64,000 bases of DNA, from assembly GCA_018432615.1 (NCBI GenBank), contig JAHDSQ010000004.1, forward strand, positions 105,234 through 169,233. The letters run 5' to 3'. Source of the DNA: Clostridia bacterium. GTDB taxonomy: Bacteria > Bacillota > Peptococcia > DRI-13 > SM3-B62. Both the position numbers and the translations under genes were made by a program. The notes beneath the pieces were generated by a model. It searched no databases. It was given only the letters and a program-made list of their open reading frames with translations, and was not told the origin of the DNA. This document shows, in pieces, positions 54,701 to 62,811 of this stretch (positions are counted from its first letter, which is position 1; each line of letters opens with the position of its first letter).

Positions 54701-55972
54701 ATGCTTTTACAATTTAACTTTAAAAACTTCAAGTCATTTCGTGATGCCACAACGTTAGATTTAACTGCCACTAGAATTACAGAGTACAATAACCACGTAA
54801 TTTCTGTTGGTAACGAGAAAGTTTTGCCTATTGCTGCAATCTTTGGTGCTAATGCCAGCGGTAAGTCAAATGTTCAAGAAGCCTTGAGGTACATGACTAC
54901 TTATGTTGTCAGCTCATTCGGGTACGGTGGTGATGAGTCGGGCAAAAAAAGTAAGTCCGAGTTTTTAAAGCCGACACCATTCTTGCTTAATCATGATAGT
55001 AAGAATGCCGAATCCTCATTTGAAGTATATTTTATTTCTTCCGAGGAGAATGGAGCCAAGTCATATAATTATGGATTTACTGTTGGTCAAAATGGAATAA
55101 ATGAAGAATGGCTGAATTATAAATCCAAATCTTCACGAGGCGACTACAAGAGAATATTTTATAGGAACGGCAAAAGTTTAGATTTATCAGGTATTGCGCC
55201 TAAGAGTCAAGAGAACATTAAAATAGCTCTTGAAAAGGAAGCGTTGATTGTATCTCTTGGCGCGAAATTAAAAGTTTCGAAATTGAAGCTAATACGCGAT
55301 TGGTTTCTTGATAATGAATTCGCAGATTTCGGGCATCCAATTGAGAATTATTTCTTGTGCGAGCAGTTACCTGATGATTTTGTTGATAGCAAGGAAGTGC
55401 AGCAAAAAGTTGTTGATTACTTCTCTGCATTTGACCCTTCGATTATAGGTTTCGAAGTTGAAACCATTGAAAGTGGAGATGACAAAAAGTCCTCAAAGGT
55501 AAGAATTGATGCAGTTCACAAAATGATAGATTCAGATGAAACGGCAATAATTCCTTTAAAATCAGAATCAGCAGGAACGCTAAAAATGTTCGCACTTTAT
55601 CCATTGTTGCAAGAAGTGTTGGAGACCGGTGGTGTGTTGTTTATAGATGAATTGAACGCACGACTGCATCCTTTGCTTGTTCGTTCTTTTGTGATTACGT
55701 TTCTCAATCCAGAAACTAATAAAAAACACGCCCAACTCATTTTTACGTCACATGATTCATGGCAACTTAATAGTAATATTCTGCGCCGCGATGAAGTATG
55801 GTTTACTGAAAAAGCCGATAATGGCATATCAACACTCTATTCGCTGGCAGATTTTATTGATGAAGATGGCGTGAAAATCAGGAAAGATGAAAATTATGAA
55901 AAAAATTATCTTCTCGGCAAATACGGTGCGATTCCCACTATGAAGCACTTTGATATGTTTAAGGGGGAATAG
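54701..55972 (+). CDS. AAA/ABC-type ATPase (AAA_15/21-like) of a two-gene RloA/RloB (AbiL-like) cassette
   Basis: FKNFKSFRD...IFGANASGKSN (Walker A), VLFIDELNARLHP (Walker B), IFTSHD (H-loop). ATG 54701 is 8 nt after gaggggag. Confidence 0.8.
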   Translation: MLLQFNFKNFKSFRDATTLDLTATRITEYNNHVISVGNEKVLPIAAIFGANASGKSNVQEALRYMTTYVVSSFGYGGDESGKKSKSEFLKPTPFLLNHDSKNAESSFEVYFISSEENGAKSYNYGFTVGQNGINEEWLNYKSKSSRGDYKRIFYRNGKSLDLSGIAPKSQENIKIALEKEALIVSLGAKLKVSKLKLIRDWFLDNEFADFGHPIENYFLCEQLPDDFVDSKEVQQKVVDYFSAFDPSIIGFEVETIESGDDKKSSKVRIDAVHKMIDSDETAIIPLKSESAGTLKMFALYPLLQEVLETGGVLFIDELNARLHPLLVRSFVITFLNPETNKKHAQLIFTSHDSWQLNSNILRRDEVWFTEKADNGISTLYSLADFIDEDGVKIRKDENYEKNYLLGKYGAIPTMKHFDMFKGE

Positions 55973-55974
55973 TC

Positions 55975-56631
55975 GTGGTAGAAAGAAATGGAAAGCGAAA
56001 AACCCGTGAGCAGCTATCAAAGCGCCGAATCCCTAAGCTTGGGTATTATTTCATTGTTATCGATACAAAAGAAACCGAACAGAACTATATGATTGGCTTG
56101 CGAGAGTCAATACCTAAAGAACTGCAAGGGAAACTGGTAATAAAGGTTTGTAAAGCAAAAACAGTTGAACTTGTTAATGAAGCTCTAAATATGGCCTCAT
56201 TACAACCCCAATACGGAGAGCCATGGATTGTATTTGATAGAGATCGGGTAAAAGGTTTTAATCAAATTATATCCTTAGCAAAGGAAAAGGGCATTAATGT
56301 GGGATGGTCCAACCCCTGCATCGAAATATGGTTTAGCGCATATTTCGGTGCAATGCCTGCATATCAGGATTCAGTGTCATGTTGTGGCGGCTTTGAAGAA
56401 AGTTATCTTAAAATTACCGGTCAGAATTATCAAAAATCCGATGTTGAAATTTATTCAAAGCTATGTCGGTTTGGCGATGAAAAGCAGGCATTTGTTATCG
56501 CAAAGCAAAAGCTCCAAGAAAACCAGCGCAATGGCAGGACCGCTCCGTCACAAATGTGCCCTGCTACTACTGTATTTGCTTTGGTCGAAGAAATTAAAAA
56601 TAAAATTGAGAGGCGTCTATTCACATCATGA
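55975..56631 (+). CDS. RloB-like (Toprim-related) protein
   Basis: YYFIVIDTKETEQNYM and PWIVFDRDRV..F...I..A...GINVGWSNPCIEIWFSAYF match RloB hallmarks (CEGxKTEPxYF ; FDxD...SNPCFExW). It starts 3 nt after the ATPase stop. Confidence 0.8.
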   Translation: MVERNGKRKTREQLSKRRIPKLGYYFIVIDTKETEQNYMIGLRESIPKELQGKLVIKVCKAKTVELVNEALNMASLQPQYGEPWIVFDRDRVKGFNQIISLAKEKGINVGWSNPCIEIWFSAYFGAMPAYQDSVSCCGGFEESYLKITGQNYQKSDVEIYSKLCRFGDEKQAFVIAKQKLQENQRNGRTAPSQMCPATTVFALVEEIKNKIERRLFTS

Positions 56632-56659
56632 TCTGAAGCAGGACGATACTATTCTTGAC

Positions 56660-56794
56660 AAGATTGAAGGGTACCTATATCAAGATTTTGAACGATTACC
56701 TCTATGAGCAGTTGGCTCAGATATAGTATTTTCGCCTAAAGTATGTGAAGTTAAAGCGGGAGAAATGAGAAGCAGAAACAGAGATAATAAGGAG
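56660..56794 (+). repeat. Repeat copy B: diverged partial copy of the codY 3' end + proximal downstream sequence
   Basis: gggtacctatatcaagattttgaacgattacctctatgagcagttggctcagatatag... aligns by eye to 54329-54460. It lacks the hairpin. Confidence 0.85.
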
Positions 56795-56835
56795 TATGTG
56801 ATATAATACTTTCAAGATAGAAGGTGGGTGATTAT

Positions 56836-57162
56836 ATGAGTCAGGATATTGAAAAGCTGACTAATGGGATTGTTGACAAATTTAACCCCCAAAAAATAAT
56901 ACTCTTTGGATCACATGCACGAAAAGAAGCAACCGAAAATAGTGATATTGATATTTGTATTATTGTAGATATCGAAGAGGAAAATGTTAGATCATTACGA
57001 AGGAATATCCGTGGTTATATTCATAAGCCAGAAGGGCTTAATTACCTTGATAGACCGGTAGATATCATATTGTATACACCACAACAATTTGAATATATTT
57101 CAAAAAAGGCTGGAACAATGGCCAGTGTCATTGCCAAGGAGGGTGTGGTTGTACATGGTTGA
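56836..57162 (+). CDS. Minimal nucleotidyltransferase (MNT, NTP_transf_2)
   Basis: KIILFGSHARKEATENSDIDICIIV (GS-x9-DxD motif). It overlaps the HEPN gene by 8 nt (ATGGTTGA). Confidence 0.8.
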   Translation: MSQDIEKLTNGIVDKFNPQKIILFGSHARKEATENSDIDICIIVDIEEENVRSLRRNIRGYIHKPEGLNYLDRPVDIILYTPQQFEYISKKAGTMASVIAKEGVVVHG

Positions 57163-57547
57163 TAGTACAAATTATCCTGACTGGATGGAAAGGGCGAAGC
57201 AGGATTATATATCTGCCAAAATAATACTTGATAATGATGGACCAACTAATGTTGCGGCTTTTTTGCTACAACAAGCAATAGAAAAAGTATTAAAGGCATA
57301 TTTATTACATCAATCAGGGGAATTAGTTAAAGGACATTCAATAGGGACTTTACTGGGGCTATGTATTAAATACGAGCCGCTATTCAAGCAATATCAAGAA
57401 GATTGTGCCGCGATAGATGATTATTATATTGAGACAAGGTATCCGCCTGATGTCCCGTTTGAAATTAATAAGGATGAAGTGGTTTATGCGGCAGTGATAG
57501 CGGAAAAACTACATACAATAGTAATGGACAAGATTTCGATTACTTAA
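57155..57547 (+). CDS. HEPN domain protein, partner of the MNT
   Basis: WMERAKQDYISAKIIL.....NVAAFLLQQAIEKVLKAYLL......KGHSIGTLL...YYIETRYP is the classic HEPN pattern. Confidence 0.8.
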   Translation: MVDSTNYPDWMERAKQDYISAKIILDNDGPTNVAAFLLQQAIEKVLKAYLLHQSGELVKGHSIGTLLGLCIKYEPLFKQYQEDCAAIDDYYIETRYPPDVPFEINKDEVVYAAVIAEKLHTIVMDKISIT

Positions 57548-57614
57548 TAATCATTATTAAAATAGTAAGTCCAAAGGCCTGGATTTTCTGTTCGGCATAC
57601 TCGTTAGCTTCCTT

Positions 57615-57825
57615 GATGCTCGTTCCCTGGGGATGAAGGGCATCTGTATCAAGACTTTGAACGATTACCTGTACGAGTAATTGGCTCAGATCTAGTATTT
57701 CCGCCTGAAGTCTGTGAAGTGAAAGCGGGATAAATGAGAAGCAGAAACAGAGGAAATAAGGAAAATCAAAAGATATATAGAAGAAGGTGAGGCACACGCC
57801 GCTTGGTGGAGGCCTCGCCTTCTTT
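57615..57825 (+). repeat. Repeat copy C: diverged codY 3' end (with an internal stop) + full downstream region including the hairpin
   Basis: gatgctcgttccctggggatgaagggcatctgtatcaag...ctgtacgagTAAttggctcag...gaagaaggtgaggc...gcctcgccttct aligns to 54310-54525. Confidence 0.85.
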
Positions 57826-57923
57826 ATGTCATTATGTGATGAGCATACTCACAAATACTTTCCAGGGGCATATTGACATCATATATAATGTCATTCTACA
57901 ATCTGTATTAATAAAGCAGAGGA

Positions 57924-58325
57924 GTGATTAAGGTGGGAAAAAACCTTGAATATTACATGGGACTCAATTACCCCTTTAATGTAAAACCAGATCTTGATGA
58001 CGGCGGATATGTTGCCGAATTTCCTGATCTGCGCTATTGTGTTGGAACCGGAGATACAATTAATGAAGCAATTGAAGATGCTATGATTGCAAAAGAAGAA
58101 TGGATTAAGGCTGCATATGAATATAATGCAACTATTCCGGAGCCGACAAGTAACGAAAGCTATAATGGTCGCGTGACCCTTCGTTTGCCCAAATCGCTCC
58201 ATAGAAATATCATTGAAAGTGCCAAAAATGAAGGTGTAAGCGCAAACCAATTTCTTCTCCATCTAATCAGTTTAGGTATGGGGAATAAAAACGTTAGAAC
58301 AAAATCAAGGAGCCGTCATTCCTAA
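57924..58325 (+). CDS. hicB: Solitary HicB-family antitoxin (HicB fold + RHH tail)
   Basis: YPFNVKPDLDDGGYVAEFPDLRYCVGTGDTINEAIEDAMIAKEEWI and GRVTLRLPKSLHRNIIESAKNEGVSANQFLLHLIS. No adjacent hicA. Confidence 0.7.
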   Translation: MIKVGKNLEYYMGLNYPFNVKPDLDDGGYVAEFPDLRYCVGTGDTINEAIEDAMIAKEEWIKAAYEYNATIPEPTSNESYNGRVTLRLPKSLHRNIIESAKNEGVSANQFLLHLISLGMGNKNVRTKSRSRHS

Positions 58326-58552
58326 ACCTGTTTCGGTCTATTCTGAGTATTCGCCTGCGAAAGCTATTTTGTAATTGGTGCCATCGAAATAAACGTCATA
58401 ACGGCTCTGGCTTCACGACGTTCCGGAGCCGACTCGGTTGGCGAAAGGGTGTGGCTCGTACACTTGAGTCTTACCCAAAAGAATTGTTTCGTTGAACTCG
58501 CTTAACGCGCCCGGAAGCGTGAAACTGTTGATATCTGACTTCACGTTTACTG

Positions 58553-58581
58553 TTTACACGTGTTATAACACGTGCTATAAT
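58553..58581 (+). promoter_or_regulatory. hicAB promoter with an embedded 18-bp perfect palindrome (candidate HicB operator)
   Basis: TTTACA(58553)-17 nt-TATAAT(58576). The palindrome cacgtgttataacacgtg (58557-58574) fills the spacer. Confidence 0.5.
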
Positions 58582-58807
58582 GACTATGTACCCTGGAGTA
58601 AAGGATGTGTTTCCGGTGACATCATACTCATCAAAGGAAATACTACAATTAATAGCTAAAGATGGTTGGGTTATAAAAAGGCAACGAGGATCTCATTTAC
58701 AGCTTGAACATCCGACTAAAAAAGGTAAAGTTACTGTCCCTCATCCTGAAAAAGACTTAAAGCCTAAAACCGTTTCAACTATATTAAAACAAGCTGGTCT
58801 AAAATAA
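58580..58807 (+). CDS. hicA: HicA-family mRNA interferase toxin
   Basis: KEILQLIAKDGWVIKRQRGSHLQLEHPTKKGKVTVPHPEKDLKPKTVSTILKQAGL. The true start is probably GTG 58607 or 58616, because the predicted promoter -10 overlaps 58580. Confidence 0.8.
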   Translation: MTMYPGVKDVFPVTSYSSKEILQLIAKDGWVIKRQRGSHLQLEHPTKKGKVTVPHPEKDLKPKTVSTILKQAGLK

Positions 58808-58829
58808 TTACTTGGAGGTAGATTTTATT

Positions 58830-59258
58830 ATGGAAAGATATATCTATCCTGCTATATTTGAACGCGATGAAGATGGCTATTCTATTACTTTCCCTGACCT
58901 GCCTGGTTGCATCACTTGTGGTGATAGTTTAGAAGATGCTTATCTTATGGCAAGAGATGCTCTTGAACTGCATTTATATGGAATGGAAGAAGATAATGAT
59001 GATATTCCTTCACCATCTAAACCTGAGAGGATTACAGTAAACTCGGATTCGTTTATAACTTTGGTCGAAGCTTATATGCCATTGATTCGTGATGAAATGG
59101 CAAACAAAGCAATAAAAAAAACGCTTACAATTCCAAAATGGCTTAATGATTTAGGTGAAAATAAAAAGGTCAATTTCTCTCAGGTCTTACAAAACGCACT
59201 TAAAGAAAAAGTGGGTGTCTATGACTACTATAGTAAAAAAAGCAAAAGCAAAGTTTGA
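58830..59258 (+). CDS. hicB: HicB-family antitoxin with RHH tail
   Basis: YIYPAIFERDEDGYSITFPDLPGCITCGDSLEDAYLMARDALELHL and KKTLTIPKWLNDLGENKKVNFSQVLQNALKEK. The tail is paralogous to HicB at 476-865. Confidence 0.8.
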   Translation: MERYIYPAIFERDEDGYSITFPDLPGCITCGDSLEDAYLMARDALELHLYGMEEDNDDIPSPSKPERITVNSDSFITLVEAYMPLIRDEMANKAIKKTLTIPKWLNDLGENKKVNFSQVLQNALKEKVGVYDYYSKKSKSKV

Positions 59259-59372
59259 CTAATAGAAAACTAGGTTTGGCCTAGTTCTTTCTTTTTTAGG
59301 TGATGTCAGATGACTCCATGTCTTCTTTAAATACTTTTCGGCTTGTGGGGAATATTTTACCGGTAGCATTTA

Positions 59373-59756
59373 TCAGTCCCCCGGCCCAAAGATGTCCCGG
59401 TGCCTTTCTTCATCGGTTCTTTCATCTTTTTCGGCGTACCCTTTGGCTTCCTGCATGAAATGGCTTCCTGCCGATTTCATGCCCGATCTTACCTCCCGGA
59501 ATCTTTTTATTAATTCTTTTCCTTCATATCCCTGGCTTATTAAATCTTCTAAGATAAGATCAGAAAAATCGTCATTCTGCATTTTGGTTAATCTGCGAAT
59601 AACTATTTCATCATCCCGTACGGTGCATTCAACTTCCTTTCCCAAGTTCAGAAGTTCGACGTATTTCTTAGGTATTGTTATTTGATTCTTTGAACTTACA
59701 CGGATAATCTTGGAATCCTCCATATTGTCCATCTCTTTTGTTAAAATCATACTCAT
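59373..59756 (-). CDS. AbrB/MazE/SpoVT-domain protein
   Basis: IIRVSSKNQITIPKKYVELLNLGKEVECTVRDDEIVIRRL. Confidence 0.7.
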   Translation of the reverse strand: MSMILTKEMDNMEDSKIIRVSSKNQITIPKKYVELLNLGKEVECTVRDDEIVIRRLTKMQNDDFSDLILEDLISQGYEGKELIKRFREVRSGMKSAGSHFMQEAKGYAEKDERTDEERHRDIFGPGD

Positions 59757-59940
59757 ATTTTATGCACCTCCCTTGGAAAAAATACAAGAAAACAAGAAAT
59801 CATATAATCTTTAAATCTTTACTCCTTGGTTATAGGATACAATAAAAACATGAAAATGCAAATAAGATGGATATGATGGCAAACCCCCGCCGTACGTAAA
59901 AGTAGCGGGGGTTTTATTGACAAGCATGGTTCCCTTTGTT

Positions 59941-61851
59941 TTAATATTCGTTTACCTGGAAAGTGAGGATTTTATCAAATACGATATAATCCTTTCTGCT
60001 GATGAAAGGCCCTGTGTTGTAAGTAATATTAAAGGAGTAGTATGGAGAACCCGAGCCTGCAGAAATCCCTTCAAACCAACTGACGAAAGCATTGACTTGA
60101 GGCATAGTCAGGTCATATTCTTTTTCTGTTCCGTTAGCCAGGATGATTTCGAGCAAAGCGTTAGTGGAGGTGCCGGGTGTAGCGGAGGCTTCATTGGAGT
60201 TGTCGCTTTCACTGCCGGAGGAAACGGAAGTAACGACATAATAGTAAGTGGTACCGTTGACTACGCTGTCATCTTGACAACTGGTAGAGGTAACATCATT
60301 TGCAATCGTGGTATAAGGGCCGCCGGAGGTTTCAGCTCGTTTGACATTGTAGCTGTTGGCATCGTCCACGGCGTCCCAATTAAGAAGCACTAGCCCATCA
60401 CCGGGTGTTGCGGTGAGATTCGTGGGGGCGGGTAATGGTGTTGCTACACTGGGCGTAGCGGAAGCTTCATTGGAGTTATCGCTTTCACTGCCGGAGGAAA
60501 CGGAAGAAACAACGTAATAGTAAGTGGTGCCGTTAATTACGCTGTCATCTTGACAACTGGTAGAGGTAACATCATTCGCAATCGTGGTATAAGGGCCGCC
60601 GGAGGTTTCAGCTCTTTTGACATTATAGCTGTCGGCACCAGTCACGGAATCCCAATTAAGAAGCACAAGCCCGTCACCGGGCGTTGCTGTGAGGTTCGTG
60701 GGGACGGGTAATGGTGTAGTAAATAGATTGAAATCTATTTGTACGGGGGTGTGCCTTTCAGTTGTCGTACCGTCCCCTAACTGACCACAGTCATTTTTTC
60801 CCCAAGCCCAGACTGTGCCGTCATTTGCTACTGCAAAACTATAGTAACCTCCTGTCGAACAGATAGAAATGTTACTCAGAGATGTGATATTAATAGGTGC
60901 ATGTCTATTAGTCGTCGTACCGTCTCCTAAATTTCCATAACCATTATATCCCCAAGACCAAACTGTTCCGTCGCTTTTTATTGCCATATTGTGACCTTGA
61001 CCAATGCTGTAAGAAACAAAGTCGCTTAAGGCAGAAACCTGTACAGGGGTGTGCCTTTCAGTTGTTGTGCCATCACCTAATTGACCTTTATCATTATATC
61101 CCCAAGCCCAGACCGTCCCGTCATCTTTTAAAGCAATATGATGGGAGCCTTTGCCGGCAATTAATACTACATTGCTCAAATTGGAAACCTGTACTGGTGA
61201 GTGCTTTTGAGTTGTCGTACCGTCTCCTAGTTGTCCAAAATTATTATATCCCCAAGCCCAGACCGTCCCGTCATCCTTTAATGCTATACTATGATTTGCT
61301 CCGCCAGCAATTGATACTACATTACTTAAATTAGGAACCTGAATAGGTGTTAAGCGATCGGTAGTAGTACCATCCCCTAATTGACCCGTATAATTATGTC
61401 CCCAAGCCCAGACTGTACCATCGTTCTTGAGTGCTAAAGAAAAATAGGAGCCTGAAGATATGGCAATGACATTTGTTAAGGAGGGGATTTGGGTAGGAAC
61501 ATTCATATTGGTGGTATTGCCGATTCCAAGTTGTCCATGACCATTATGTCCCCAAGCCCAAACAGTTCCGTCATCCTTTAAGGCTAGACTATGAAATTTT
61601 GCAGAAATTGCTATAACGTCGCTTGTTATTTGCACCGGTGTTGTTTTATCAATGTTTGTACCGTCCCCTAACTCTCCATATTCATTACTACCCCAAGCCC
61701 AAACAGTTCCGTCGTCCTTTAAGGCCAACGTATGGGTGTCACCTCCGGATATTTGCGGTGTTACCGTCCCTGAGGCCTGGACCCCCAAGGGGCACAAAAA
61801 TACCGCTATCATTGTAAAAAAAACAATAAACAGATTTAAAGCTCTTTTCAT
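59941..61851 (-). CDS. Secreted RCC1-repeat beta-propeller protein with two FN3 domains and an unassigned ~75-aa C-terminal domain
   Basis: Signal peptide MKRALNLFIVFFTMIAVFLCPLGVQASG (ATG 61851 after gagaggaga). Seven DGTVWAWG.N..GQLGDGTT blades. Two PxPTNLTATPGDGLVLLNWD...SYNVKRAETSGGPYTTIA...TTYYYVV units. Confidence 0.8.
   Translation of the reverse strand: MKRALNLFIVFFTMIAVFLCPLGVQASGTVTPQISGGDTHTLALKDDGTVWAWGSNEYGELGDGTNIDKTTPVQITSDVIAISAKFHSLALKDDGTVWAWGHNGHGQLGIGNTTNMNVPTQIPSLTNVIAISSGSYFSLALKNDGTVWAWGHNYTGQLGDGTTTDRLTPIQVPNLSNVVSIAGGANHSIALKDDGTVWAWGYNNFGQLGDGTTTQKHSPVQVSNLSNVVLIAGKGSHHIALKDDGTVWAWGYNDKGQLGDGTTTERHTPVQVSALSDFVSYSIGQGHNMAIKSDGTVWSWGYNGYGNLGDGTTTNRHAPINITSLSNISICSTGGYYSFAVANDGTVWAWGKNDCGQLGDGTTTERHTPVQIDFNLFTTPLPVPTNLTATPGDGLVLLNWDSVTGADSYNVKRAETSGGPYTTIANDVTSTSCQDDSVINGTTYYYVVSSVSSGSESDNSNEASATPSVATPLPAPTNLTATPGDGLVLLNWDAVDDANSYNVKRAETSGGPYTTIANDVTSTSCQDDSVVNGTTYYYVVTSVSSGSESDNSNEASATPGTSTNALLEIILANGTEKEYDLTMPQVNAFVSWFEGISAGSGSPYYSFNITYNTGPFISRKDYIVFDKILTFQVNEY
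60170..60721. repeat. Tandem 276-bp duplication encoding the two FN3 domains
   Basis: agcggaggcttcattggagttgtcgctttcactgccggagg at 60181 recurs at 60457 (period 276 nt = 92 codons), with few substitutions along the unit. Confidence 0.85.
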
Positions 61852-61962
61852 TAAAATCTCTCCTCTCATTTCCTTATATTGTTTTCCTTTTTGAGTATAG
61901 CACATACAATTCGAGACTATTGTCACAATTTGTCGAAAGACATAAAAAAAGCCACTAACATC

Positions 61963-62002
61963 CCGCTTCTAAAACGGTAATATTAGTGGCATTTGATAAT
62001 CT
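61963..62002 (-). terminator. Intrinsic terminator after mazF (minus strand)
   Basis: gccactaa...ttagtggc stem. On the minus strand it is followed by tttttt. Confidence 0.55.
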
Positions 62003-62040
62003 GTATAAGATTTGGCCGTACAAATAGCGAAAACTGACAT

Positions 62041-62388
62041 TTATAGGTTTAAATATATCTTTATAGCCATTCTTATCTGTTCCTTTATTTCCTCAGAGCA
62101 AATAATGCCGCATTTTTCACCGAGACGTTCCTTGGCAATTGCTCTTATCTGATGTGCCATTGCTATTGAATCGTTAGGTAATCCGGTCGCCTTTGTATTC
62201 AGTAATACTTCGATCGGATATACTCTTCTACCCGGTTTTACCGATGTTAGGGACAATACAGTAACTATCGATAATGACTGGTTGACTTCTTCTGCTGATA
62301 CAACAAGTACCGGTCTTGTTCCTGATTGTTCAGATCCTTTTGTCGGTTCTAAATTTGCCCAAAATATTCCCCATTGGTATTCTACCAC
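62041..62388 (-). CDS. mazF: MazF/PemK-family endoribonuclease toxin
   Basis: WGIFWANLEPTKGSEQSGTRPVLVVS...LSIVTVLSLTS...P..V.L......GLPNDSIAMAHQIRAI. Confidence 0.85.
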   Translation of the reverse strand: MVEYQWGIFWANLEPTKGSEQSGTRPVLVVSAEEVNQSLSIVTVLSLTSVKPGRRVYPIEVLLNTKATGLPNDSIAMAHQIRAIAKERLGEKCGIICSEEIKEQIRMAIKIYLNL

Positions 62389-62654
62389 TCCTTCTCCCTC
62401 CCTATTATCTCAAGGTCAGAAGATTCAAAGTCCCGCATGCTTTCCTCCAAATCCTGAATAAACAGCGGGTCTTTTGCAGCTTTCATCATTTCCTTTTTCA
62501 ATTTTTCCTTTTCTATCTTCACAGAATATTCTTCGAGCGCTTCTTTTACTCCGGCGTTTACTGAGTTTATATAACTATTCTTTGCATAAGCTCTATACCT
62601 TTCCATCAAATCGGTCGGTAACGAAAAAGTAACATTCTTGACTTTTTTCACCAT
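62382..62654 (-). CDS. Cognate antitoxin (RHH-like N-terminus)
   Basis: KNVTFSLPTDLMERYRAY beta-strand/helix start and an acidic C-terminus. It overlaps mazF by 7 nt. Confidence 0.6.
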   Translation of the reverse strand: MVKKVKNVTFSLPTDLMERYRAYAKNSYINSVNAGVKEALEEYSVKIEKEKLKKEMMKAAKDPLFIQDLEESMRDFESSDLEIIGREKEW

Positions 62655-62811
62655 GATGAACACCCCTGGATATAATATTGTTTAAACACATTGTAATATA
62701 TTCAATATAAATATGCAATGTTATATTAAATCACATTACAATATGGTATAATATCCCATAAGAGGAATCGTGTCGGAAATAAGAAGAATAGCGAATCGCG
62801 GGGGTTGTGAC

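Noticed and set aside
56297-56707. 136-aa alternative-frame ORF spanning the RloB 3' half and codY repeat copy B
   Set aside because: It overlaps the well-supported RloB frame, and its tail is read from a repeat copy. It is a frame artefact.
54526-62700. Integrase, transposase or phage genes that would define the island as a classical mobile element
   Set aside because: All six frames were inspected. No tyrosine or serine recombinase, DDE transposase or phage structural signature was recognised, so no mobile_element feature is called.
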